The position numbers and the translations under genes were made by a program. A DNA stretch of 64,000 nucleotides from NCBI GenBank assembly GCA_010093605.1, contig MU004182.1, positions 1,645,032 to 1,709,031 of the forward strand, written 5' to 3'. The notes under the pieces are model-generated. The model saw nothing but the letters and a program-made list of their open reading frames with translations. It was not told the origin of the DNA and ran no database searches. The DNA is from Lophium mytilinum (Eukaryota). Of this stretch, positions 54,005-64,000 are shown piece by piece. How positions within the stretch are numbered: position 1 is the stretch's first letter; each line of letters opens with the position of its first letter.

Positions 54005-54930
54005 TTGCCGATTGCCTGCCACCGTCTGGAGTGTCCTACCTGCAGAGTTGAAGGTCAAGCGTAATGTAAAGCCCAGGACATTGTGAATCGGAGAACAGCC
54101 TTTTCCGATTGCTTGCTACCGTCTGGAGTGCCCTAGCTGTGTATTTGAGGGTCAACGGAAACGTAAAGCCAGGACATCGTAAATCAGACAATAGGACTGG
54201 AGGTGATCGAATAGGCGGGATTGAAGCTATTTTACTACCGCATGCCGCCGTTAGAGATGCCTCAACAAATCATCTGAAACCTAGACGCGATGTAAAGTCC
54301 AAGACATCGTGAATCGGAGAGGAGGACTAGAAGCGATCAGATAAGCGGAATTAAATCTACTTGACCACAGCATGCCGCTGTTAGAGGTGCCTTGATTAAT
54401 CATCTGAAGCCTAGACGCGATGTAAAGTCTTGGACATCATGATTCAGAGAGTAGGACTGGAGGTGATCAGATGAGCGGGAGACAGGATAGATGTCTGCCA
54501 CTCGTCTACCACTGTTTGGGGTGCCCAGAAAGGGTTTGAAATGTCTATGCACGATGTAAAGCGATACACAGCTGAGATCAGACTACCTCCTGGCTGACTG
54601 GCTACTGATCAGCGAGGCCACTCCTAGCAGCGGTGTCCAGCTTCCATAGTAGCAATCAAGCAAACCTAATATCACTGTACTACGGATTACAAGTCCATAC
54701 TCACATCCATACCAGCAACTCTTTTGGAAGCTATTTGCCACTGTCTGGAGTACCTCAGCTGGTACCTAGTCTGTCAGCCAAAACGTAGTCTGATTTAGAC
54801 TGCGTTGATCTTTACATCCTAGACTCTACACTTGACCACCGCATGCCACCGTTAGAAATGCCTTGACTAATCATATGAAGCACAAATGCGATGTAAAGTG
54901 TAGGATTACCTGAATCAGACGAGCGGGAGA
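54005..54930. repeat. Degenerate tandem repeat, ~7 units of ~100-135 nt
   Basis: Recurring CCRCYGTYWGRRRTGCC-like block (54019, 54117, 54245, 54375, 54510, 54738, 54846) and YGTAAAG..GACAT block (54065, 54162, 54291, 54421, 54555, 54892). Confidence 0.75.
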
Positions 54931-55067
54931 AGATGAGGTGGGATCTAAGCTTCGGCTAGTGAATTGCTAGCATTGTTCAATTCTAGCGCCGAAACGCACG
55001 TGTAAACGTGTTGACCTGTTTCTCAACCTCCCGGACACACCCCACGCGCCGGAACCCCACCAACCCT

Positions 55068-58000
55068 ATGGATGCTCTTCTCGATGGACTCAATCCGGCG
55101 CAGAAGAGTGCAGTCACCAGCCCAGCCTCCGTTGTCCAGGTGCTGGCGCCTCCAGGATCAGGCAAGACGAAAACACTCACTTCACGCGTCGCGTACCTGA
55201 TCAACCACAATCGCCTCCAGCCATGGAACATCATCGTCTGCACCTTCACAATAAAAGCCGCACGGGAAATGAAAGAGCGGATCCGGGGATTTGTTGGAGA
55301 TGGAATTGAGGCGAAGCTGATTCTAGGCACATTTCATTCGGTCGCACGTCGGTTCTTGGTCCGGTACGGCAATCATATTGGCATTGAGAAGAATTTTGGG
55401 ATTGCGGACACTTCGGATACTCTGGCGATTATAAAGCGTATCATCAAGCGGCAAGGTTATGGCGTGGAACCAGGCGTAGCTCGGTCAAGAATATCTGGAT
55501 TGAAGGCGCGGAGTACCACCGTGGAGCAATTCGCAGCTACGCACAAGAAAGCGGACCAGCACGAATTTGCGGCCCTTTATGCCGAGTATGACGAGACACT
55601 GAAGACTTCAAATCTACTGGACTACGACGATCTTCTCCTCAGGTGTACTGATCTCCTCCGAAAGCATCCTGAATGTGTTTCAAGCATTCAGGCGGTGCTC
55701 ATTGATGAGTTCCAAGACACCAATCACGTTCAATACGACTTGATGGGTCTATTAGCCCAAAAGCAACAGTGTATCACTATCGTTGGGGACCCTGACCAGA
55801 GCATATACGGATTCCGATCAGCGGAGATAAAAAATCTCAAGTTGATGAGAGAGCACTACCCAGAGACGGTGGTCATCAACCTAGAAAACAATTATAGGTC
55901 ATCAGGGTGCATATTGACCTCTGCACTCGCCGTAATCGAGCAAGACGAAAGCCGACATAACAAGCCTCTTCTTCCCACCCACGTTGTTGGAGAACGGCCC
56001 GTCCTTCGCAAGCTTCCGAATGCTCTGGTCGAAGCGAAATGGCTAGTTTCGGAAATTCAACGATCTAAAACGCTGACTGGAGAATTATTTACCTTCAATG
56101 ACTACGCAATCCTTCTCCGCTCAGCAGCCCTATCTCGGCTCATTGAAACACAACTTGGCAAAGCTGGGATACCATATCGAATGGTGGGCGGCCATCGATT
56201 CTTTGATCGAGTAGAGGTCAAGGTTGTCTTAGACTATCTTCGTGTCGTCAATCAACCTGATCACAACGATGCACTTGTCAGGATTATCAATAATCCACCA
56301 AGAAAGATTGGTGAAGTCACTGTGAAGGCACTTTTGGAAGAAGCCGAGGCAAAGAAGATGACTCTTTGGGATCTAGTTCTTAATCAAGCTCAAGGGAGGA
56401 AGAGACCTCAAACGAAACTGTCGTCACAAGCTGAAAAGGGCATCGACACGTTCGTCAACCTGATTCTAACTTCAAGAAAGAAGCTGCTTAATGAAGACAG
56501 CAAAGACTGTTCTTTGGTCGATCTAATCGCGCATGTTCTCAAAAAGCTATCCTTTCAAGATTTTTTGAGAAAGACGTATCGAGAGGAGTGGGAAGGAAGA
56601 TGGGCCAACGTGGAAGAGTTGGTTGCGCAAGCGACGGATGTAGCGCTGTCTACGGAAGCCGGTGAAAACGCTCTCGACGAAATTTTGCCAGTTGTCGATG
56701 GTATCGAACAGCGCACGCTGTCTTCGGGAGACATATTGACCAAATTTCTGTCCAATGTGGCGCTGTCTACCGAAGTTGAAAAGAAAGATGGAGAGCAAGC
56801 TGAACAAGTCACTATCTCAACCATCCATGCTGCTAAAGGGCTCGAATGGCCCGTGGTATTCATACCTGCTGCTTACGAAGGATCAATACCACACTCAAGA
56901 TCGGAGGATACAGACGAAGAGCGACGACTTCTGTACGTTGGCATGACGAGGGCGCAAGCATTGCTCTACCTAAGTTGTCCCACCCAAAACTCTCTGAAGG
57001 AACAGACGACAATGTCACCCTTTGTTACTCCGAAGAACGTGGTTAGGAGCTTTGATATCAGGGGGCCTTCTTTTGGGTTTCAGACAACCCAAGACTTGTC
57101 CCGCATTCTTCGGCGTGCTTGTCCTGCAGCCTCGATTATTCAACATGCTAAGACACTCATCGAGCGCGTTGAGGACGACCTATACCCCTTGGATGGAGAA
57201 GAGATCGACCCTGAGAGTAGCTACTGGGACATCGACAACCCACGTAGCGATGCTTTTCCTTCCGACTTTCCTTCGAAGCGACGCAAGTTTGAGACAGCGA
57301 AAGCTACCACGATGACGACGTCAACGACAATGCAGAATACCTCACACTATTCCATATCAAACACGACTCTTCCTCCAAGTGGATTCGTCAGCGCTGGTGC
57401 ACATATGAAGGTCCTCCAGGAGACTGAAGCTGCGCAGAAAGTCAGCATTACGAAAGAATATACCCCAAAACAGCTCCAACGCGAGGACAGCGGGATTAGC
57501 AAACTTGGAGTAGCATCTACGAAGAGATCCACCAAGCGACCGATAGGACAAGGGAGTATCAAGAGCTTCTTTACTCACTCAAACTCCCACACAAAGGACC
57601 TTACAGAGAAACCTACCGGCTTCGTCAAGTCTTCGCAGCAATTTCCCGCATTTTCCTCAATATCGCATCAGCCGCCTTTGAACGATGTATCCAACCTCCG
57701 CAAGCAATCTGTTGCCTCGAAGCCCGTTTATGTACCGCCCACCATTTCAACGCACCGACCACGAAATCAACCGCTTCTTGGAAAACCGCGACGGATCGAT
57801 GAGGAAGAGGTTGGAGAAACACAGCGATATGTGCTGCTTTCAAGTTCACCGGTAAAGCTAGAAGAGGCAGATAAAGCGATTGTGGGAAATGGTGAGTTCA
57901 GATGTTCTTCATGCACGTCTTGAGGTTTCTGCTAACTTTGTCCCTCGCTAGGTGCCTCTGCATACGACGCGGAACCCCCTAGCCCAACTAAAATCCTATC

Positions 58001-58178
58001 TGACACCGTCACCACCAGTGCCGGCTCCTCGGATGGGTTCCGCCCCGCGTCGACGTTCCATGCGACAAGCATGTCGAAACTGACCACTTCTGCTGCACCA
58101 CAGCGGAAGACGCTCGGAATGCGAAGGAGTTTGCAAGGGTGGAGTGTTAAATCGCATCAGCCTCCCCGGCCAAAATAA
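55068..58178 (+). CDS. SRS2: UvrD/REP-family 3'-5' DNA helicase (Srs2-like), one intron near the 3' end
   Basis: LNPAQ, APPGSGKT (Walker A), LIDEFQD, VGDPDQSIYGFR, ENNYRS, STIHAAKGLEW, EERRLLYVGMTRA; intron 57892-57951; C-terminal RKTLGMRRS. Confidence 0.93.
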
Positions 58179-58643
58179 CTAGTTTCAGTTTTGTATCTTG
58201 GGGGGCATTAGCGTGGTGTTCTGTTTCTCTGAGCGCATGAGCTGTATCTCTAGGATTGGAGTCGATGGCATGGCGTCTCGGATGATGTTTCGTTATTGGG
58301 AGTTTAGAAGAGGGCGATACTCCATACGTTTGATATCCCTCATGTATGAAAGCATCTATTGATGAGTGAACGACAAAGCGACATCTTTATGGCATCAAAC
58401 GAATCTCTACACAACTATCATTTTGAACAATATAACTATGACGGCATTGGTATCCCAAGGCAGCGCTATCTCCAACCATACACCAAACTTATCAATCCGC
58501 TAAACACCGCCAAACCCACACCCAAACAGCCCAAAGCAAGCATCTCAAACCCATCAGTCATTATAGCCACCTCGAGCGTGAACCCCTCGACTTCAGCTCA
58601 TCCCAGACCACCAATCCCAGGATACCCTGCACTCGTAAACCCT

Positions 58644-59362
58644 TCACCACCCCCCTCCCACGCCTACACACCTCAAACACCGCCGCTCATCCCCCGCTAC
58701 CGCACACATCCCACACACCCGCCGCCTGCACCCCGCACACGCAAACTCATCCCCTACCTCCCCCATCTCATCAATCTCCATACTCTCCGCCTCCAGCGCG
58801 CTGTCGCAGTCCTCACACGGCAGGCCCTGCTGCGGCGGGTTCGGGCCGGTATGCGCGTCCAGGTGCACATGGCTGAAGACCGGCGCGCGCGGCGCGGGGA
58901 GGGCCCAGAAGGCGTGGAGGGTTGATTTCTGGGTGGGCTCGTGTTTCGTCGTCAAAGGCTGCGATTGGGAGGGGGTTGGGGAGGGGTGCGGCGCGCGCGC
59001 GGCGGAGAAGAGGAGGGAGAGGGTGTTTTCTGGTATGGATTAGTACGCGTTCAGGTGATGGTAGTATGGGGAATGGAGGTGTCCGTACCGTGGATGGTCT
59101 CCACGTCGGGTCGGTTGTCGCGGAAGCGCTTGCGCGTGCGGCTGGATAGGTCTGTGGCGGAGAGGCGGGCGCGGGGGAAGCTGGCGGTGGGTTGCGAGGG
59201 CCATTGGAGGGTTGAGGGGAAGGAGGAGGAGAAGTCCATCACGCTACCCATGGGGCGCGATGGAGGGGATGGACTTTGCGGGTCGCATGTTGACGTGGAC
59301 GAGCAGCTGGAGGTGGAGAGGGGAGAGTCGTTTGACATGGAGCGTTTGCGTTTAAAGGCCAT
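58644..59362 (-). CDS. Hypothetical fungal protein with NLS-like RTRKRFRDNRP and C-terminal Cys cluster, one intron
   Basis: MAFKRKRS..., SRTRKRFRDNRPD, QKSTLHAFWALP, CEDC..CAGC..CGMC..CLRC putative zinc-binding motif. Confidence 0.7.
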
Positions 59363-59951
59363 TGTGGAGGATTGGGGTTTTAGTCGGGTATAATATGTTG
59401 ATTGTGATGCTGGTTGTAGTTGGTGGGATGCTGATTGTTGGAGGAGAGACGTGGGATTTATGGCGGGAGATCTTTTGGGGGCTGGGAAGCGCGTAGATCG
59501 GAAAATGGCGACGCGAGACTCGCGCGTTTTCGCAACACTCTACACCCCCCAAGGATTTGATCAGGTTTTACGTTACTTCAAAGATGTCGATGATTCTGAT
59601 GAGTATTGTGTCTTCAGTTTCGATATCAAAGCGTTATTAATGCTCTCAAAGCTCCAAAATGACAATAATAGAGCTCAGTAGAATAAGTTCTGCCACGCAG
59701 AGATGAGCTGCAGTTCTAAGTATTCTGTCTAGTTCGTATCTATCATCTCTTGTTATGCTGTATAAACAATGACGTCTTCGGAAGGGTTTATAGATATGTT
59801 GAACTGAGATCCCCTACAGTTACAATACAGCTCTGCCTCACTCACTATCGGAACCCCACCTCTACCCCTCCATCCGAGCTACCCAGAGCTTGCCCAGTAT
59901 CAAACAATCAACAACACCACTCACACCCCAGATATAACGCAAGACAACACA

Positions 59952-61143
59952 ATGCCAACTCGAAGAGCTACCCATGCCGGCTCGTGGTATTCATCCAGCA
60001 AATCCGAGCTCTCTGCTGAGCTAGACGGATGGCTCGACGCCGTTCCCTCATCCGCCAAAGGCATCGGCACTGAGTCGTCCAAGCAAGACGCCGCTTCACT
60101 ACCTTCAGAGGGCGCCAGGGCCATCATTGCACCGTAGGCTAAGAGACATAGCTGGTGGTCTTGAATATAAGAGGCTCATAGCTAAGCAGGCACGCCGGAT
60201 ACTCGTACTCTGGGCCTGCCGCGGCATGGGCGTACAAGGCATTAGATCTGTCTAAGACGTGAGTTGAGTCTTCAATTACCTTTCTTTAAAACATCAAGGG
60301 GAAATTCAAGCTGAGACTGGCCCCTGTAGCAAACGCATCTTCCTCCTTGGCCCATCCCATCACCACTACCTCTCCGGCTGCGCACTCTCCCAATGCGACA
60401 CCCTCGAGACCCCCCTCGGCAACCTCCAAGTCGACAAAGCCACAGTCGCCGAGCTGCACCGAAAAGGCTCCTTCGACAAGATGTCCCGCTCCGTCGACGA
60501 AGCCGAGCACAGTCTCGAGATGCACCTCCCCTACATCTACAAAGTGCTCTCCAGGTACCCCCCTCCAACACTCCCCTCCCACCACTCACCTATTTTAACG
60601 CCTCTTACCTCCAGAACCTTCTCCACCCCCTCCTCCTTCCCGCCCATAACCCCCATCCTCGTCGGCGCCACCACCGCGACCTCCGAATCCGCCTACGGCG
60701 CCCTGCTCGCCCCCTACCTCGCCGACCCCACCTCCACCTTCATCATCTCCTCCGACTTCTGCCACTGGGGCGCCCGCTTCCGCTACACCTACTACCAGCC
60801 GCGCACCGGCCCAGCCGTCGACCTGCGCAGCAGCGACCGCCCGCCCGCGGACCCGCCGCTACACGCCAGCATCGCCGCCGTCGACCACCTGTGCATGGAC
60901 GCGGTTGAAAGCGGGGTGCACGCCGCGTTCCTGGAGGTGCTAGCGGACACGGAGAACACGGTGTGCGGGCGGCATCCGATTGGGGTGGTGATGGCGGCGG
61001 TGGAGGCGCTGGAGAAAGGGGGCGAGGTGGAGCGGGGGAGTGGGAAGGGGAGGTTCAGGTTCGTGCGGTATGAGCGGAGTAGTGACTGTGTGAGCGTGAG
61101 GGATAGTAGTGTTAGTTATTGTAGTGCTTTTGCTGTGTTCTAG
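59952..61143 (+). CDS. MEMO1: MEMO1 / AmmeMemoRadiSam protein B family protein, multi-exon
   Basis: TRRATHAGSWY, RAIIAP|HAGYSYSG, LGPSHH, DEAEHSLEMHLPY, ISSDFCHWG, NTVCGRHPI, DSSVSY. Confidence 0.93.
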
Positions 61144-61399
61144 GGGGAGTTCTGGAAAGGGGATTTTGGTGGAGGGGGATTTCGAGGGAGTTGATTTCGG
61201 GCTGAGTAGTGGGGATAGCGGGGTAGGCTAGACTAGAGTTTCTTTGATAGGAATGGATTACGATATGCTTTTACTCCACTCTTTGCTCAAGAATCTGTTC
61301 GATGTCATTACGGATCAGATATCTCCATTGCCTCAATCCATTATCAAGGATACTATTCGGCATAATTGGGAAAGTTTCGAAATTCCTTAGCGAATCACA

Positions 61400-61491
61400 G
61401 CGAGCGTAGTCTAGTGGTTATGATGTCTGCTTTACAGGTCACGTGTCCTTTGAAGCGCAGAAGGTCGGGAGTTCGATCCTCCCCGCTCGTA
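61400..61491 (+). tRNA. tRNA-Val (anticodon UAC) with a 19-nt intron (61437-61455)
   Basis: Acceptor GCGAGCG/CGCTCGT; anticodon stem TCTGC/GCAGA with TTTACA; T arm GGGAG-TTCGATC-CTCCC; T run terminator immediately downstream. Confidence 0.93.
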
Positions 61492-62649
61492 CTTTTTGTT
61501 TTGAGGATGTATAACTCTAGAAGTTCTCTTTTGTGGTGGTAAGTGTGCACGGGAACCTGTGTATAGAACTTGAGGAAGCTTTTTAGGCTTCCGAAGGGCG
61601 TAGTGTATAAGATAGAGCAATACGTAAGTAGGTATCTCGAGATAGTGCAAGATAAATTAGAACCTTTTGATATAGGGAATTGAAGTTCTGGATCCTTAGT
61701 AAGAATTCATTCTCGATGTGTTCGCTCTGTTCTAGAGTTTTAATCGAAAGTGTCATTCAACAACATGCCAAAATCAACTCCAAGTTGCACGGACTGGCTC
61801 ACGTTCATACATCTCAACACCTCATAAAATTCCCCCAATTCCAGTCTAATTTAGCTGGCCACAGATCTTACATCTTGATTTAATCGTAAGACTTCTACAC
61901 TGGGCATTGTTAGAAGCTAGAGGCCCGAAGTCGTAACCTCTTTCATACCCTTTTGCCGCGGGGTCGAAATCGCGGACTGGCTCCTCTTTATGCACATCAA
62001 CCGTGGTTCAAAAATCTCATTTCTCTAGGTCCGTTTAAAAGTGTCGTGCAGAGATCTGCCAAAGACAATTGTAAATTGCATGGAATGGCTCATGTTGGTG
62101 CCTCTTAACACACTATGACTTGGATAAACTCCTATGTCATGATTCAGAGGGGCGTAGCGTCTATTCGTAAGAGCCTGCTGGATCATGCCTCGAGGGCGAT
62201 TGAAAGCGAGGGACGGCAGATTGGAACATATCTGGAACGAAAGTGCTTTAGTATAAAGAATACGGACTCCCGTTTACGCTTCTCGTTGTTAGCCAGAAAG
62301 CGTCTCTCATCACAGGTTCCTAGATCTGGGATCCAATAACCGGTGTAGAAGAGGGCTGTGATAAAGGACAAAAGACAGAAAGAAGAAGAATGAAGGGGAG
62401 TATCGTATGCATATCTCATCGTAGCCGCACGTCTATAGTAGTCACCCATACCCAAGCAGCAGCCATGACCCTGCTCACCGACCCATCCAGCCCCAAGCGT
62501 TCCCAATTACTTCCACCCGAGCGGAGCGGACTCAAGCTGTCAAATGCTCTGTACGTCACTAGCACCGCGACTCAGCTCTAGAACACCATCCTGAGTCGAG
62601 GTAAGGATGGTATTCTAGGATCAATCTATCGCCTCCAGCCGCCCCCAGC

Positions 62650-64000
62650 TTATGCACTACCCAGAGGCGGTGACGAATCCTTCGACCTCTCCTTCTCCTT
62701 TTCCTTCTTGCTGCCCTTTTTGTCGTGCTTGTGCTCTTTCTTGGCTGCGGCCTCGGCCATGAGCTGCTCGAAGGCCATGTAGTCGCCTTCTTCGTCTGGG
62801 TCTCGCGCAGCCTATCCGAAATGTTAGCTGCTAGAATCCCACTGAAACAAAAATGACACGGGCGAAGCTTACCTTGCTGTGCATCTCCCCGATAATCATC
62901 AGCGCCTCCGCCCTCTCAATCCTCTTCTCCAGCTTGACCTTCTTATCGTTCAAGACGCGGTCGCAAACTTCCCGTAGCACACTCTGGATCTCAAACTTGC
63001 TCCCCCGCCACGCCGCCGCAAGAATCTTGCCCGTAACCCTCTTCTCATACTCGGCCTTCTTCTCATCCGTCCAGTCCTCACCCCCCTTCTCCTCCATCTT
63101 CGCCATCTCCTCCATCGTCATCTGCGCATCAATCGCCGTGCTAATAGTCGTCCACGTCTCCTTCGCCAGCGTCCCCTTATCCTTAACTCTAGAAAAGAAC
63201 CCCGCAATCCCCAGAAACTTCTGACTCTTCAAGAACCCCGACGCCTTCTGCAAATACGTCGCACCAATCGCATGCATGATTTCCAGCCCAAAGCTCTCCA
63301 TCTTCAGATTCTCAATCTCGAGCTGCGTCTTGTCCTTGAACGCTTTCGTGACGTCCGCGCCCTTGTCCGTCTCGGTCCACACGCTGATGCGGTCGATGAG
63401 CTTCTTTTGGAGATTCGAGACGCGCTCTTCGCGGATCTTTTTCCGCTCGAGCTCGTATGCGGCGAGTTCTTCGCGCTGCTCTTTGCTTAGCCCCTTCCGC
63501 TTCTCCTTCGCGCGGAGCTCCTTCTCGGCATCCGTCACGCCCGCTGCTTCCAGTCGCGCGTCTTCTTCTGACCGGTCCATCACGGCGAGGCGGGTGGGGA
63601 GCCCGCGGCCGCTGCGGGGCGTGCTGGTGCCCGAGGCCGAGGGGGTGATGGGGGTGTTTACGGCCGCGGCGTGCGCTGCGTCTTTGGCGGCCGCATCGTC
63701 TGCGGCTATGGGCGTGTCTACGGAGACAGAAGGGGGAGGGGGCGCGGCGAAGGGAGTTGCGCCGGCTGCAGGTGGGGGAGAGGAGGACTTCGAGCCCTCG
63801 GCGGCATCTGGGTATGAGGGCTCGGCAGAGGCAGAGGCAGCGGCGGCTTGAGCTTCCTGTTCTTCCGCCTCTCGCATCGATATATCCATGGTTTTTGTGA
63901 GGTCCTTCATGAGTGATATCTCTCCGATCCTGGTGTCTGTTAGCCATGCTCACCCATGAACTCCCCAGCTCATCTACGATTATGGGGAGATTGGGGTGGT
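62650..64000 (-). CDS. DnaJ-X domain J-protein (Djp1/Caj1-like), 5' part outside the window
   Basis: IGEISLMKDLTK, NLKMESFGLEIMHAIG, ILAAAWRGSKFEIQSVLREVCDRVL; last exon ARDPDEEGDYMAFEQL ends at 62650. Confidence 0.88.

Overview
Gene-dense eukaryotic window from a filamentous ascomycete (Pezizomycotina; inferred from short GT-AG introns with CTRAY branch sites and from gene content). About 23 protein genes can be supported: a Fox2-like double SDR, an arylsulfatase with an adjacent ACS-family MFS transporter, a PhyH dioxygenase, an NAD(P)-binding protein, a sugar porter, an AA9 LPMO, a SET protein, a LisH-WD40 protein, an RRM protein, three RBR (Ariadne-like) E3 ligases, an ML-domain protein, an SGNH hydrolase, a DUF1989 protein, an acyl-CoA dehydrogenase, an HxxxD transferase with an in-frame TAG, an Srs2-like helicase, MEMO1, a DnaJ-X protein and two hypotheticals. 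There is also an intron-containing tRNA-Val(UAC). The most striking unexplained element is a ~3.6 kb apparently non-coding array (32146-35740) between two RBR genes. It holds ~15 divergent copies of a ~70-nt two-hairpin/three-way-junction motif and ~14 copies of a second hairpin with a conserved 8-nt loop. Stems show compensatory changes and G-U wobbles that favour a + strand RNA. Other notable items: a candidate ~120-nt Pol III ncRNA with U6-type promoter layout (17.1 kb), a second degenerate repeat array upstream of the Srs2-like gene, a hydratase-less Fox2 paralog ending in PTS1, a probable GC-AG intron and a single premature UAG at a likely Trp codon. Gene models and structures were derived by eye; no searches or folding programs were run.
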